Shown piece by piece: positions 36,840 to 49,000 of a stretch of 64,000 bases of DNA. The notes beneath the pieces were generated by a model, which saw nothing but the letters and a program-made list of their open reading frames with translations, was not told the origin of the DNA and did no database searches. Each line of letters opens with the position of its first letter. The first letter of the stretch is position 1. The position numbers were made by a program, and so were the translations under genes. Source of the DNA: Phycisphaerae bacterium (lineage in GTDB: Bacteria > Planctomycetota > Phycisphaerae > SM23-33); contig JBDKRA010000021.1 of assembly GCA_039683615.1 (NCBI GenBank), positions 1 through 64,000 of the forward strand, in the 5' to 3' direction.

Positions 36840-39218
36840 ATGCTCCCTGTGAAGAAGAAGCGTACTTGGCCGCGGCGGCGATATCTCATCCTGGCGGGGG
36901 TTGTCTGTGCAGGCCTGGCCGTCGTGGGTATCGAACGGTGGACGCGCCCGCCGACGCCGGAGCAGATCCTGGCCCGGTGGTGCGGTGCGGCTGACCGTTC
37001 CATCGCCATCACATATCCACTCCACGGGACGGTCTTTCCGCCCGAACTGCCGGCGCCGACCTTTCGCTGGGTCGATTCTTCCGGCGCCGACACGTGGGTC
37101 GTGACAGCCGGCGCGGAGGGCAGGCAGGAGGTCAGCGCCCTGCTGTCGCAACCGCGATGGACGCCCCAAGAGCTGCAATGGCAGCGCCTCAAGAGCAGCG
37201 CCGCGCAGGCGCACGGGCGGGCGCTGGTGCTGGGCCTGCGCCGCGCCGACCTGTCCCGCGTGGTTTCGTTCGGGAATCTTGGTTTTCAGACCAGCACCGA
37301 CCCGGTTGGCGCGCCGATCTTCTACCGGGAGGTGAACCTGCCTTTCGTCGAGGCGGTGAAGGACCCGCGGCAGATCCGCTGGCGATTCGGGCCCGTCTCG
37401 TCGACCCGACCGCCGGTCGTGCTGGAGAACCTGCCCGTCTGCGGCAACTGCCATTCGTTCTCGGCCGACGGGAAAGTTCTGGGGATGGACATCGACTACG
37501 CCAATGACAAAGGCTCGTACGCGCTGGTGCCGGTCAAGAGCGAGATCGTCCTGGACAGCCAGTCGGTCATCACCTGGGCCGACTATCGCCGCGAGGATAA
37601 GGACCTGACGTTCGGTCTGCTATCGCAGGTCTCGCCCGACGGGCGGTACGTTGTCAGCACCGTCAAGGATCGCTCGGTGTTCGTGCCCATGCCGGACCTG
37701 GCGTATTCGCAATTGTTCTTTCCGGTCAAAGGCATCCTGGTGGTGTACGACCGCCAGAGCAGAACCTTCCGCCCGCTGCCCGGCGCCGACGACCCCGCGT
37801 ATGTGCAGAGCAATCCCGCCTGGAGCCCCGACGGCAAGGAGATCGTCTTCGCGCGCAGCCGCGCCTACCAGCTCCAGGGCGTCGGCAGCGAGACGCTGCT
37901 GCGCCCCGACCAGTGCGCCGAGTTCGTCCAGGGGCGCCGACAGTTCCACTTCGACCTGTGCCGCGTGCCGTTCAACGACGGGGCCGGTGGGGCGGCGGTC
38001 CCGGTCGAGGGCGCCGTCGACAACGGCATGAGTAATTACTTCGCGCGTTTTTCTCCCGACGGCAAGTGGATCGTCTTCTGCCGCGCCAAGAGCTTCATGC
38101 TCCTCCAGGCCGACAGCGAGCTGTACATCATGCCCGCCGCCGGCGGGGCGGCCCGGCGGATGCGATGCAACGTGGGCGGCATGAACTCCTGGCACAGTTG
38201 GTCGCCCAACAGCCGCTGGCTGGTCTTCGCCTCCAAGGCCGGCGGGCCCTACACGCAGTTGTGGCTGGCGCACGTGGACGCCTCGGGTGCCAGCAGTCCG
38301 CCGGTGCTGCTGGAGCAGTTCACCGCCGTCGATCGCGCCGCCAACATCCCGGAGTTTGTGTCGGCCGGTCCGCAGGCCATCGCGGCCATTCGCGAGCAGT
38401 TCGTCAACGACGTGTCGTACTTCCGATCGGGCAACGAGGCGCTGATGAGCGGCGACCTGGCCCGCGCCGAGGCCGCCTACGAGAAGGCCCTGCAGATCAA
38501 CCCCGACAACGTCGACGTGCACAACAACCTGGGCAATATCCTGGCCAACACCGGCCGCGGCGACCTGGCCCTGCGCCACTTGCGGCGGGTGGTCGAACTC
38601 GATCCGAACTATTTCAAAGCCTGGACGAGCATGGGCGCGGTGCTGGAAAACCGGCCCGGCGACCTGGGCGCCGCCATCGACTGCTATCGCAGGAGCATCG
38701 CCCTCAACGCCACCGACCCGGTGCCCCACACGCGACTGGCCGGATGCCTCTGGCGCCTTGGCGACACGCAAGGCGCCGTGGCCCAATGGCGGGCGGCCTT
38801 GAAGCTGTCGCCGGACCAGGTGGGTCCGCGCCTGTCGCTGGCCGCGGCCCTGGTGCGCGGCGGTCAGGCCGCCCAGGCCGTCGCCGAGCTCGATCAGGCC
38901 CTGGCGCTCAACCCCGCCGACCCAAAGGTCCGCGACACGCTGGCGTGGATTCTGGCCACGTCGACCGATCCGCGAGTGCTCGACGGCCCGAGGGCGGTGG
39001 CGCTGGCCGAAAAAGCCTGCCGGCTCTCCCCGACCCTCTCGCCGTACACGCTGGATACGCTGGCAGCCGCCTACGCCCAGGCGGGGCGATTTGCCGACGC
39101 GCTGGCGGCTGTCGAAAAGGCGATCGCGGCCGCCCGCGCGCAGCGCAGGGAACTGGTCGACAACCTGCTCCAGCGGCGGGACTGTTACCGTGCGAACAAA
39201 CCGTGGCGACAGGAGTGA
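36840..39218 (+). CDS. WD40-like (PD40 / TolB-type) beta-propeller + TPR-repeat protein, membrane-anchored or secreted
   Basis: 792 aa. N-terminal TM YLILAGVVCAGLAVV; repeated SPDGK.IVF propeller motifs; C-terminal half is TPR repeats (AEAAYEKALQINPDNVDVHNNLGNIL ...). Confidence 0.65.
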   Translation: MLPVKKKRTWPRRRYLILAGVVCAGLAVVGIERWTRPPTPEQILARWCGAADRSIAITYPLHGTVFPPELPAPTFRWVDSSGADTWVVTAGAEGRQEVSALLSQPRWTPQELQWQRLKSSAAQAHGRALVLGLRRADLSRVVSFGNLGFQTSTDPVGAPIFYREVNLPFVEAVKDPRQIRWRFGPVSSTRPPVVLENLPVCGNCHSFSADGKVLGMDIDYANDKGSYALVPVKSEIVLDSQSVITWADYRREDKDLTFGLLSQVSPDGRYVVSTVKDRSVFVPMPDLAYSQLFFPVKGILVVYDRQSRTFRPLPGADDPAYVQSNPAWSPDGKEIVFARSRAYQLQGVGSETLLRPDQCAEFVQGRRQFHFDLCRVPFNDGAGGAAVPVEGAVDNGMSNYFARFSPDGKWIVFCRAKSFMLLQADSELYIMPAAGGAARRMRCNVGGMNSWHSWSPNSRWLVFASKAGGPYTQLWLAHVDASGASSPPVLLEQFTAVDRAANIPEFVSAGPQAIAAIREQFVNDVSYFRSGNEALMSGDLARAEAAYEKALQINPDNVDVHNNLGNILANTGRGDLALRHLRRVVELDPNYFKAWTSMGAVLENRPGDLGAAIDCYRRSIALNATDPVPHTRLAGCLWRLGDTQGAVAQWRAALKLSPDQVGPRLSLAAALVRGGQAAQAVAELDQALALNPADPKVRDTLAWILATSTDPRVLDGPRAVALAEKACRLSPTLSPYTLDTLAAAYAQAGRFADALAAVEKAIAAARAQRRELVDNLLQRRDCYRANKPWRQE

Positions 39219-39440
39219 CCGCGCCGCCTGGACGCTGGCTGGTCATCATTATGAACTTCGGGATGGTCGTTTTCATTGAGTGCCTCCGCCGCGACTTTTC
39301 CCCTGCAACGGAGCGCTATCGCGGCGCGAATATGATTGAAATTCGGAGGCGGAAGGCACTATAACATTCACTATCGTGTGTGGAGCGGATTGGAGGAATC
39401 CAACCGCCAGGACCGGGAGCTTTTCCCGGGTCCCCAATAC

Positions 39441-39511
39441 TGGGGATTGGTGTAACGGTAGCACGACTGACTCTGGATCAGTTAGTCAAGGTTCGAATCC
39501 TTGATCCCCAG
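39441..39511 (+). tRNA. tRNA-Gln (anticodon CUG)
   Basis: Manual fold: acceptor TGGGGAT/ATCCCCA (U1:A72 as in bacterial tRNA-Gln), D-arm GTGT-AACGGTA-GCAC, anticodon stem ACTGA/TCAGT with loop CTCTGGA (U33, anticodon CTG), T-arm CAAGG-TTCGAAT-CCTTG, discriminator G. CCA not encoded. Confidence 0.8.
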
Positions 39512-39750
39512 GTCGTGCGAAAGGGCCGTCTCTGACGCTGTCCAGAAAGCTATGGGCGTCAGAGGCGGCCTTTCGTGTTTAGCATCGCCGCCACAGAACG
39601 GTCAAGATTTCTTGAAACAAATCGGCTGCGTGTGCGTCTCATCAGCAATGTCGGGCAGGGCCGGGCTTTTTCCGTGCCTTGGCGGTACGATACCCACGGA
39701 TGGCGTCTGCCATGCGATGCACGCGTCCACAATCACTTGGAGATTCGCTC

Positions 39751-42700
39751 ATGAATGCCTCTCGCTCGCTTCGCCCGGTCGTTTCGCTGCTGGTGCTGAC
39801 AGCCGTTGCCGCCGCGGCCTGGGCTGCTCCGCCCGAGCCTGCCAAGGCCCCCGACAAGGTTTACGTGCCCTACGACAAGCTCAAGGGCCTCCTCGACGAC
39901 GAAGGCCAGGGCGTCTTCCTGCCGTACAAAGATTTCCAGCGCCTCTGGCAGGCGGCCCAGGCCTCTCCGGCCGACGCCGCTGCCGCGCCGGGCGACTATC
40001 TGATCTCCACCGCCCGATTCAGCGGCGGCGTCGGCGGCGAGCTGGCGGCGCTCAAGCTCGAACTCACCGTCGACATCCTGGCCGAGGGATGGGTCAACGT
40101 GCCGCTGGGGCTTGGCGAGGCCGCCATCGCCCGTACCGCGATCCAGGGCGACGACAAGACCCAGCCGCTACTGCGCGTCGTGGACGGGCAGTATGTCCTG
40201 CTGGCCAAAGGCGCAGGGCGAAAGGTCGTGCAGATCGACTTCGTCCGCCAGATCCAGACGCAGCCAGGGCTGAACATCCTCGATCTGGCCCTGCCGCGTG
40301 CGGCCATCACCACCTTCGAGCTGGTCATTCCCGAGGAGAACATGAAGGTGGACGTCGAGCCGATGCTGGCAGCCACCACCAGCCAGGAAACCGCCGCCGG
40401 CAAGAGCGCCACGCGTCTGCAGGCGTTCCTGGGCGCGGCCCAGCGCGTCAAGCTCTCGTGGAAGCCCAAGACGCAGGCCGCCGCGGACCTGCAGCCGGTG
40501 ATCATCTCCAACCAGCTCCAGCACCTCTTGGTCACCGAGGCGCTGGTGTCGTATGACGTCACGTTCAACTACGAGATCCGCCGCCGCGGCGTCGACGCCT
40601 TCACCATCGAGCTGCCGGCGGGCTTCCGTGTCACCAGCGTCGAGGGCGCCAACATCGGCAAGTGGGATGTCGCCGACGCCCCAGCCGCCGCAGCCGGCGC
40701 CAAGGCCCCGGCCGGTCAACTGCTCAAGGTGAAGTTGTTTTCCGCCGTCACCGACAATTACACCCTCGTGCTCAAGATGGAGCGCCTGCTGAAGGAAACG
40801 CAGGTGGACCTGCCGCTGACGCCGGTGCTGACGCACGAGGTGCTGCGGCGCAGCGGTCTGCTGGCCGTGACGCACTCGCCGCGCCGGTCGGTGGAGCTGC
40901 GCGACCTCAAGAACCTCTCCCGCGTTGACACCGGTCGCCTGCCAGGCAACCTCAGCGGGCAAAGCGGCGCGACGGCGTACCAGTTCGTCTCGGCCGACTA
41001 CGCCGCCACCCTGGTCATCGGCACGGTTGAGCCTCGGGTGGCCGTGTTCCAGCAATGGTCGCTGGCGGTGAACGATTCGTGGCAGCAACTCCAGGGGAAC
41101 ATCAACTACAGCATCGAGCGAGCGGGCCTGTTCCGCATCTCGATGACGCTGCCTGAGCCCTGGGAGGTGCTGTCGGTGGGTCCGGCCGACGTCGTCGACG
41201 ACCACCAGTTCAGCGGCAAGGGCGACACGCGGCAGCTCAACATCCTGCTCAAGCGTGAGATCATCGGCAACGTCTCGCTGGCGATCCAGGCCCGCCGCCC
41301 GCGGGCCAAGCTCGACGACAGCGTCACCTTTACGCTGCCCCAGCCCGACAAGACGAACCTGCGCCACTACAGCGGGCAGTTCGTGCTGTACGTGCCCGCC
41401 CACCTCAGCGCCCAGGTCGAGCGGCTCGACCAGTTCCAGTCGCTGCCGCTGCGGCAGATCGGCCAGCGCGGCGCCTTCGGCATGGCGCCGCAAATGGCGT
41501 TCCAGTTCGGGGCCATCGCCGCCGACAAGCCCGCCGCGGCGATCTTCAAGATCGCCGTCAAGCCTTCGCAGGTCTCGGCCGTCGTGAACCGCCTGGTGAA
41601 CATCCAGCCCGGCGCGATCGTCGACCAGGCGGCTATCGCCTACACCGTGCTCTACTCGCCGCAGGATGTGTTCTACGTTCAGGTCCCGGTCGAACTGGCC
41701 GATGCGGGCCTGACCCTCACCGGCGAGAACATCAAGGAAACGCCCCGCGTGGACGCCCCGCCGGCTACCGGTCCCTCGCAGGGTTCGGCCGGCGAGGCCG
41801 CCCCCGCCACCGCCCCGGCGACCAAGGCCGGCGTCGTGTACTATAAGGTTGTGCTCCAGTCGCCGATGACGGGCACGTACTGGCTGTACACCAACGTGCG
41901 CCGCCCGTTCAAGGCCGGCGCGGTCGGCTCGGCCGCCACCGTCAACGTCGAGCCGATCCTCGCCGCCGGACGCCTGAGCGACCAGAGCGGCTTTGTCGCT
42001 ATCGCCAAGGGCGAGACGCTGGCTCTCGGCCAACCCCTCGCCAATAACCTCACCCCCGGCGACCCGACCAGCGCCGTCGACCTGCCTTACGCCCCGCACC
42101 GCGGCGCCGCTTCACTGGCGTTTCGATATACCCGCCCTCCGTTCGAGCTGTCGCTGCCGGTCGTGACGCAGGAAGAGGCGGCCGTCATCACGACGATGGC
42201 CACCGCGACGATCGTCGAGCAGGTGCTCGGCTACGACGGGCAGCTTAACGGGCGCGTCGTGTACCTCCTCAAGACCAGCAAGGGCGACCGCCTGCCCATC
42301 ACGCTGCACGGGGCCAAGCTCCGCCAGGTATTGCTCAATGGCGTCGAGGCGCCGGTCGAGGCCTCGACCGCAGCCGACCAGAGCATCGTGCGGCTGCCTC
42401 CCTCGGCCGGGCAGGTGACCAATGTCGTCCTGGACATCCGCTTTGGGCAAGACAAGGCCTCGGCGTCGAAGCTCGATGTGCCTTCGCTGCCCAAGGAGGT
42501 GGCCTTCCAGGTGACGCTGTGGCGGCTGTGGATTCCCGAGCAGGACATCGTCCTGGGCAACGACCGGGCGTTCTCGCCCGTTCGCGGCGACGGCGAACTG
42601 GCCATGCTGGCAAGCAACCAGCCCGTGCAGGTGACCTGGGCTCTGCCCGGTCAAGGGTGGGCGATGACCTTCCAGCGCCAAGGCGCGCCGGGGACGCTGT

Positions 42701-43038
42701 CGGTGACGACCGTCGGGCGCGAGGGCTTCGCCGTGGCGACCTGGCTGGTGGTGCTGGCCGCCGGAGCGGCCATGCTGAAGCTGCGGGGCTTCCCGCGACT
42801 GGTGATCGTGCTGGCGGCCATCGTGCTGCTGGCGGTGATCAACCTGTATTGGCCGCAGTTCGCCTTCCGCCTGGGTTGGCATGGTCTGCTGGCTGCGGTA
42901 GTGGTCCTGGCGCTGTGGGCGGGGCAGTGGTTCTTCGCCATGCTGCGCCGCCGCGCCGGCCGCGCCGGCAGCCCGCCGCCGATGCCCGTCGCAACGCCCG
43001 TCAGCGATCGGCCGCAGACGCCGGCAGGCAAGGAGTAA
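39751..43038 (+). CDS. Large secreted, C-terminally membrane-anchored protein (1096 aa), unit A of a triplicated module
   Basis: Signal peptide MNASRSLRPVVSLLVLTAVAAAAWA, conserved N-terminal block VYVPYDKLKGLL...FLPYKDFQRLWQAA, about 950-aa beta-rich region, 2-3 C-terminal TM helices (WLVVLAAGAAML...VIVLAAIVLLAVINLY...LLAAVVVLALWAGQWFF). Confidence 0.6.
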   Translation: MNASRSLRPVVSLLVLTAVAAAAWAAPPEPAKAPDKVYVPYDKLKGLLDDEGQGVFLPYKDFQRLWQAAQASPADAAAAPGDYLISTARFSGGVGGELAALKLELTVDILAEGWVNVPLGLGEAAIARTAIQGDDKTQPLLRVVDGQYVLLAKGAGRKVVQIDFVRQIQTQPGLNILDLALPRAAITTFELVIPEENMKVDVEPMLAATTSQETAAGKSATRLQAFLGAAQRVKLSWKPKTQAAADLQPVIISNQLQHLLVTEALVSYDVTFNYEIRRRGVDAFTIELPAGFRVTSVEGANIGKWDVADAPAAAAGAKAPAGQLLKVKLFSAVTDNYTLVLKMERLLKETQVDLPLTPVLTHEVLRRSGLLAVTHSPRRSVELRDLKNLSRVDTGRLPGNLSGQSGATAYQFVSADYAATLVIGTVEPRVAVFQQWSLAVNDSWQQLQGNINYSIERAGLFRISMTLPEPWEVLSVGPADVVDDHQFSGKGDTRQLNILLKREIIGNVSLAIQARRPRAKLDDSVTFTLPQPDKTNLRHYSGQFVLYVPAHLSAQVERLDQFQSLPLRQIGQRGAFGMAPQMAFQFGAIAADKPAAAIFKIAVKPSQVSAVVNRLVNIQPGAIVDQAAIAYTVLYSPQDVFYVQVPVELADAGLTLTGENIKETPRVDAPPATGPSQGSAGEAAPATAPATKAGVVYYKVVLQSPMTGTYWLYTNVRRPFKAGAVGSAATVNVEPILAAGRLSDQSGFVAIAKGETLALGQPLANNLTPGDPTSAVDLPYAPHRGAASLAFRYTRPPFELSLPVVTQEEAAVITTMATATIVEQVLGYDGQLNGRVVYLLKTSKGDRLPITLHGAKLRQVLLNGVEAPVEASTAADQSIVRLPPSAGQVTNVVLDIRFGQDKASASKLDVPSLPKEVAFQVTLWRLWIPEQDIVLGNDRAFSPVRGDGELAMLASNQPVQVTWALPGQGWAMTFQRQGAPGTLSVTTVGREGFAVATWLVVLAAGAAMLKLRGFPRLVIVLAAIVLLAVINLYWPQFAFRLGWHGLLAAVVVLALWAGQWFFAMLRRRAGRAGSPPPMPVATPVSDRPQTPAGKE

Positions 43039-43042
43039 CACC

Positions 43043-46000
43043 ATGAAGAACCTTCCGACGTGGCTGATCACCGTGGCTGTGCTGGCCGGCGTCGGCGCCG
43101 CCAACGCCCAGCAGCAACCCGCCGAAAAGGGCAACCTCTACGTGCCCTATCGCGACCTGGCCGCAGCGCTCGATCCGGCCGCCAAGAGCATCCTCATGGA
43201 CCGCGGCGAGTTCGCCGCCCTGCTCACCGCCGCCAAGGCCAACCAGGCCGCTGCCGACAGCCGCCAGCTCGGTCAGGTGACGGTTGCCCGCTATCAGGCC
43301 GACGTCACCGGCCAATCGTTGCGACTGACGGGCGACCTGGAAGTGATCTCCCTCAGCGACAGGCCTGTGGCGGTTCCGCTGGCGTTCGCGCGCCTGGGGC
43401 TGCTGAAAGTCACCCTCGACGGCAAAAGCGCCCCGCTGGGCTACGATGACGGGGCCCTGGTGCTGCTGGTGAGCGGCAAGGGCAAGCACGCCGTCACGAT
43501 CGAGGCCTCGGCCGCCTTGGCCGAGTTGCCCCTGTCGCGCTTTCCTGCCGGGGGCTTGCAGTTCGGCATCTCGATTCCCCCGGCCGTGGCGGGCACGATG
43601 ACCCTGACGGCGCCGGGCGACCTGGAGATCTCCACCTCGGCGGCCATGGGCAAGAGCGCCTACGACCGCGCGACCGACCGCACCCGCGTTGAGTTGACCA
43701 TCGGCGGACGCGACTCGGTGACGGCCGTGCTGCTGGGCAACGGCCGACAGGAAGCGCAGAAGCCCATCCTGCTGGGCGAGAGCACCAGCAGCGTCGAGGT
43801 CGAGACCGACAGCCAGACGCTGCACTGCCTGTACATGGTGGACGTGCTGCGCCGCAGCATTCGCGAGCTGCAGTTTGCGGTGGATGCGTCGTGGACGATC
43901 ACGGCCGTCACGTGCCCGGGCCTGGTGCGCTGGTCCGTCGAGGCGGGCAAGGGCGGCGCGAATATCCTGACCGTGCGACTGGGTTCGGCCAGCCGCGGAT
44001 TGCAGGCGCTGCACATCAAGGCCACCGCCGTGGAGAAGATCGGCGGCGACTGGCGCAGCCCCCGCGTGATCCTGCAGGACGCGGCGTTTCAACGGGGCTA
44101 CCTGCTGGTCAACACGCAGCGCGACCTGCGCGTGCGCGGACACGACCTGTCCGATGCCCGCCGCGAAGACGCCGGCGCCACGCAGGTCCCGGCGCTGTTT
44201 GGCCTGCTCACCGGGCGGCTGTACTATCACTGGGGGGCCGACTGGTCCGTCAAGCTGCGCACCGCCAAGGTGCCGCTGCGCCGCGAGAGCCAGGACCGCC
44301 AGCGCCTCGCCGTGGGCGACAAGAGCCTCACGCTGACGGGCGACTTCCAAGTCACGGCCGTGGGCAGCGAGATGTTCGACATGAACTTCCGCCTGCCGCC
44401 GGCGGCGTGGGAACTGGTAAGCGTGACGGTCAACGGCAGCGCCCAGGGCTTTGAGTATCACGTGACCGACGACCCGACGCCCGCGACGCAACCGGCCGCT
44501 TCGGCCCCGGCGGCGGGGCGGCGCCTGCGCATCGAGTTGGCGCGTCCGGTGCAGCCCGAGGCCGTGGCGAATGTGTCCGTCACGCTCCAGCACGTGCCGC
44601 AGAATTGGCTCTGGCGCGCCGGCAGCACGCCGCGCGTCATCGTGATGCCTCTGCTGGCGTGCCAGGCCGACCAGGTCTCCGGCGTCGTCAGCGTTTCGAC
44701 CTCGGACGATCTGGACGCAGCGCCCGACGCCGTGCTGGACGCCATCAAGGCCGTCAACGTCGGACGCATGACCTCGATGGGCCTGAGCTCCGATGTGCAG
44801 CTTGCCTGGACGTACGACCAGCAGCCCCCGGCCGCAAACGTGGCAGTGGCGATCAGCCGCCGCACCGCGCGACTGGCGGCCGAGTCCGTCGGCCTGGTTT
44901 CGCTGACGGCTGAACACATGCGCGGCCACTGGCGCGTGACGTACAACATCACCCGCGCCCGCACGGCTGAGCTGGCGCTGCTGGTCGACAATTCGCTTGG
45001 CGAAGAGGTGTCCATCGAAGTCCCCGGCCGGCGAATCGCTGCCAAGCGTCGCATCGAGGCTGGATTGAGGAAGGAAGATGCCGCAGAAAAGTTTATGACG
45101 CTGGAGGGATCAGAGAGATCGCAAGTACCCCAAGGCTACAGTCTCTGGAAGATCACGCTGGACGCCGAGGCCTCGGGACAGGTGGCCGTGGACGTGACGT
45201 ACAGCCGCCCGCTGCCGGTCAAGGGGTTCGCCCTGCCGCTGGTGCGGCCGTACGGAGCCGACCAGGTCACCGAGTACCTGGCGCTTCAGGCGGCTGAAGA
45301 GCTCGCTGTCGATGCCAAGGCCAACGCCGCCGGGCGGGGCATCGATAGCGCCGACCTGCCCTCTCTGCCCGAGAAGGCAGCCCGCCTGCTGGCGGCGTGG
45401 CGATTTGAAAACGGCGCCGCCGAGCCGGCGGTGAACGTCTCGACCACCGTGTACCAGACCGTCGCCATCCCTGCGGCGCTGGCGGGCTCGGCCGAGCTGA
45501 CGACGTATCTCGACAGCCAGGGCAACCAGCGCACGCAGGCGCTGTTCAAGCTCGTCAACGCGGGCCTGCAGTTTGTCAGCATCCAACTGCCCGCCAACGC
45601 GACGCTGTGGTCGATCACCGTCGACGGGCAACCGTCCAAGCCGCAGCGCGACACGACGGGCAACTACATGGTGCACCTGCCGCGCTCATCTCGCAGCCCG
45701 CTGGTAAAAGTGGTCTATGGCGCCACGGGCAACTCCGGCGACATGCACGCCTTGGCCGCGGCGTCGCTGCCGGGCGTGAAGATCAACACCGTCTCATGGA
45801 CGGTCCTGACCGCCCCGGGCTTCTGCATTACCGCCCAGGATTCCAACATGACTAGCGACGGGCTCTATAGCGTCGCCCCGGCATACCAGCAGATGACAGA
45901 GCTCTCTTTCGGGTTCAAGAGGGTCTCAGCAAACGTCATCGCGTCTTCACCTTACAACGCTCCGAGCAAGCGGCCTGACGGGGAAGTAACGGCCGAGGTC

Positions 46001-49000
46001 TCGATGGAGTCGCAAGCAATGCGCAAGGACGCAAAGAAGGAATCGGCCCCAGCGCAGAAACCGGCGGATCTGCCGGCTTCGGTTGTTCTAGACCACGGCC
46101 GCGGCTTGGTTGTCGCGGGCAGGTACACGCTGCCGGTGGAGCTCTCAGAGACCGGCGACTACGGCGACCGCGTCACGTTCAGCTCGCTCGACCCGCTGCC
46201 GCTGGCGGTGGGGATCACGCAGGAGTCGAGCCTCGACAGCTTCGCGCTGCTGGGGTTCGTTCTGGCGGGCCTGGCCGGGCTCTTGCGCGTCAATGCGCGG
46301 GCGCGGCAAAAGGCGAGGTTCATCATCGCCATCCTCATCGGCGCCAGCCTCGTAGCCGTGTGGTGGCAGGACGCGGCGCCGTTCATGAACGGAATGTTCT
46401 GGGCCGCGATGCTGCTCATTGTCTTCTACCCGGCGGTGGGCCTGGTGCGGATCATCCTTCGCGCCGTTCGCCCGCGGCCAATCCCTGTGCTGGCCCGCGC
46501 CGTGATGCTCCTGGCGGCGGTGTTGTTGATGGCCCAGTCCGCACGCGCGGGCGACGCCCAGGCCAACAATGCGCCTGTTCAAGCCGGCAAGCCTGTCGTG
46601 GCCCCGCTGGTCATCCCCTACGAGGGCGAGGCGGCCAAGGCCGACCAGGCCAAGAAAGTTCTCGTCTCGTATGCGAAGTTCGTCGAGCTCTGGAACGCCG
46701 CCCATCCCGACCAGGCCATCGACCTGGTCCCGGCCGCGGGCAAGCTCTGGCTGGCCGACGTGCGTTACGCCGCGGCCGTCAAGGGCGACACGCTCACGCT
46801 GACGCTGACCGCGCAGGCCCAAACGCTGGGCAAGGGCCTGGTGGTCGTGCCGATCCCGTTCGAGGGCGTGGCCCTGACGGCCGCTTCGCTCGACGACAAA
46901 CCCGTGCCCATCTCCTCCGGCGAGAAGGGCATGATGCTGACGCTGCCCGCCGCGGCCAAGGGCACGCTGAAACTCTCGGCGGTCACTACCGCCAAGCCGC
47001 AGGCGGGGCGGCCGACGGTCAACCTCACGCTGCCGCCGCTTCCGGCGGGCGTGATGACGGTAGCGCTGCCGGCCGACGACCTCGTGCTCGAAGTGCCCCA
47101 GGCCCAAGGCAGCCTCACCACCCGCAAGGCCGATGGCGGTGTCGAATGGACCGTTCCGCTGGGCCTGGCCCGCGCGCTGACGCTGCGATGGAGCCCCAAG
47201 GCCGGCGGGGGAACGGTGGACCGCACTCTGTCGGCCGCGGCCAACCACGACGTGAGCTTCAATCACTGGGGCATCATCGGCGCCACGCAGATGGTCTTCA
47301 CCTTCAGCGCCACCGACTACGACCAGTTCCGCCTGCTGGTTCCGGCGGGCATGAGCCTGACCACCCTGACCGGGGCAAACCTGCGCGACTTCGCCATCGT
47401 CGCGACGGCCAATACCGAGGGCCAGAATTACGACGTGGTGCTGGTGCGCCTGCACCGCCCCGCGGCCAAGACGTACGAGATGACCGCCAAATGGGCCGCG
47501 GCGCTTCCGGCGCTGGACAAGCCCTTCGCCCTGCCGCTGCCCCAGGCCGGCGACGTGGCGCGCGAAAGCGGCGCGGCGACCCTGCGCGTCGCCGGCGGCA
47601 TTACGCTCACCGAGATCGGCGTCGAGGGCGGGCGGCGACGCGGCTTGGGCGAGGGCGGCCGCAGCGGCGAAACCGCCGCCGACGCCACGCGCGAAGTCTC
47701 GTCCTACTACTGGCCGTACCGCCCCTTCGCCCTGACGCTCAAGCTGCACCGTAGCGAAACGCAGACCGCGGCCGTCGTGAACCAGCTTGTCCGCATCGAC
47801 GCGCGTCGCTGCCAGCTCCTGGTGCAGGCGAACCTGACGGCCAGGCGCGGGCGGCTGTTCGAGGCCTCGTTTGCCCTTCCCGACGGGTATGAGCTGCTCA
47901 GCGCGGCCGGGGCGGCGGTGGAAGATTTCCACGTCGAGCCCGCGCCGGCGGGGCGGCGGCTTTACGTGAACCTCCGCGGCGGTGCCACGAGCACCAGCCT
48001 GGCGCTGGTGCTGGTAAAGAGCCCGCTGAGCCTGGGGCGCCTCAGCGTGCCCAAGGTCACCCTGCTCGATACCGCCGGCGCGCCGCTGGCCGAGCAGACC
48101 GGGCGCCTGGCGGTGCAACTGGCCGCCTCGCTCGAGGCGCACACCCTGACCAGCGAGAACCTCGCCAGCGCCCCGCCGGCCCGCGTGCTGGATGGGTGGC
48201 TGGGCAGCGACGACATCCGCGCCGCCCAGTTCGCCTACCAGTACGACCGCCCGGCCATCGCCCTGGACCTGGACGTGCGGGCCAAGCCCACGCGAACCAG
48301 CGTCGAGGTCGTCGCCGGCGTGACCGTGCAGCCAACCGCCGCCTGGTACACCTACCGCCTGCGATACGCCATCAGCGGCTCGCCGATCGACCACATCAGC
48401 TTCACGCTGCCTTCGCAGTACGCCTCGCTGGCGGCCGTCACCTGCCCGGCCATGCGCAGCGTCAAGACCGAAGACGCCGGCGGCGCGCGGACGCGGTGGA
48501 CCGTCTCGCTGATCAACGAAGTCACCGGCGTGCTGGACGTGGCGGTGAACTTCGCCACGCCCATCACGGCCCAGACGACGGCCCTGACGGTGCCGCGCGT
48601 GGTCACGGCCGCCCCGGAAGGGTATCGCTGCGTGGTGGCCGTGCAGAATCTCTCGCGCCACGAGTTGTCGGTCGAGTCGGCATCGGAAATGTCGGCCCTG
48701 CCCGCCAGCCAGCAGCGCGACCTGCTCGGGGCCGCCCACGCGTCGCTGCAGTATGTCTTCCAAGCCTTCAGCGACACCTGGACGCTGGCCCTGAAGCTCA
48801 AGCCCGCCGAGCCCGCCAAACGCACCACGGCCATCATCGATCTGATGGCCATCGCGACGACGATCGACCTCGAGGGCAACAGCCGCTATGAGGTCGAGCT
48901 GATGCTGCAGAACCGCAGCGAGCAGTTCCTGCACGTCAAGGTTCCCCCCGAGTTGAAACTCTGGAGCGCGTACGTCGACGGCAAGGCCGTCAAGCCCGCC

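Noticed and set aside
39280-39440. Possible second tRNA or a tmRNA near tRNA-Gln
   Set aside because: Only one cloverleaf could be folded (39441-39511). The flanking sequence lacks a T-arm GTTCGAATC motif or acceptor complementarity.
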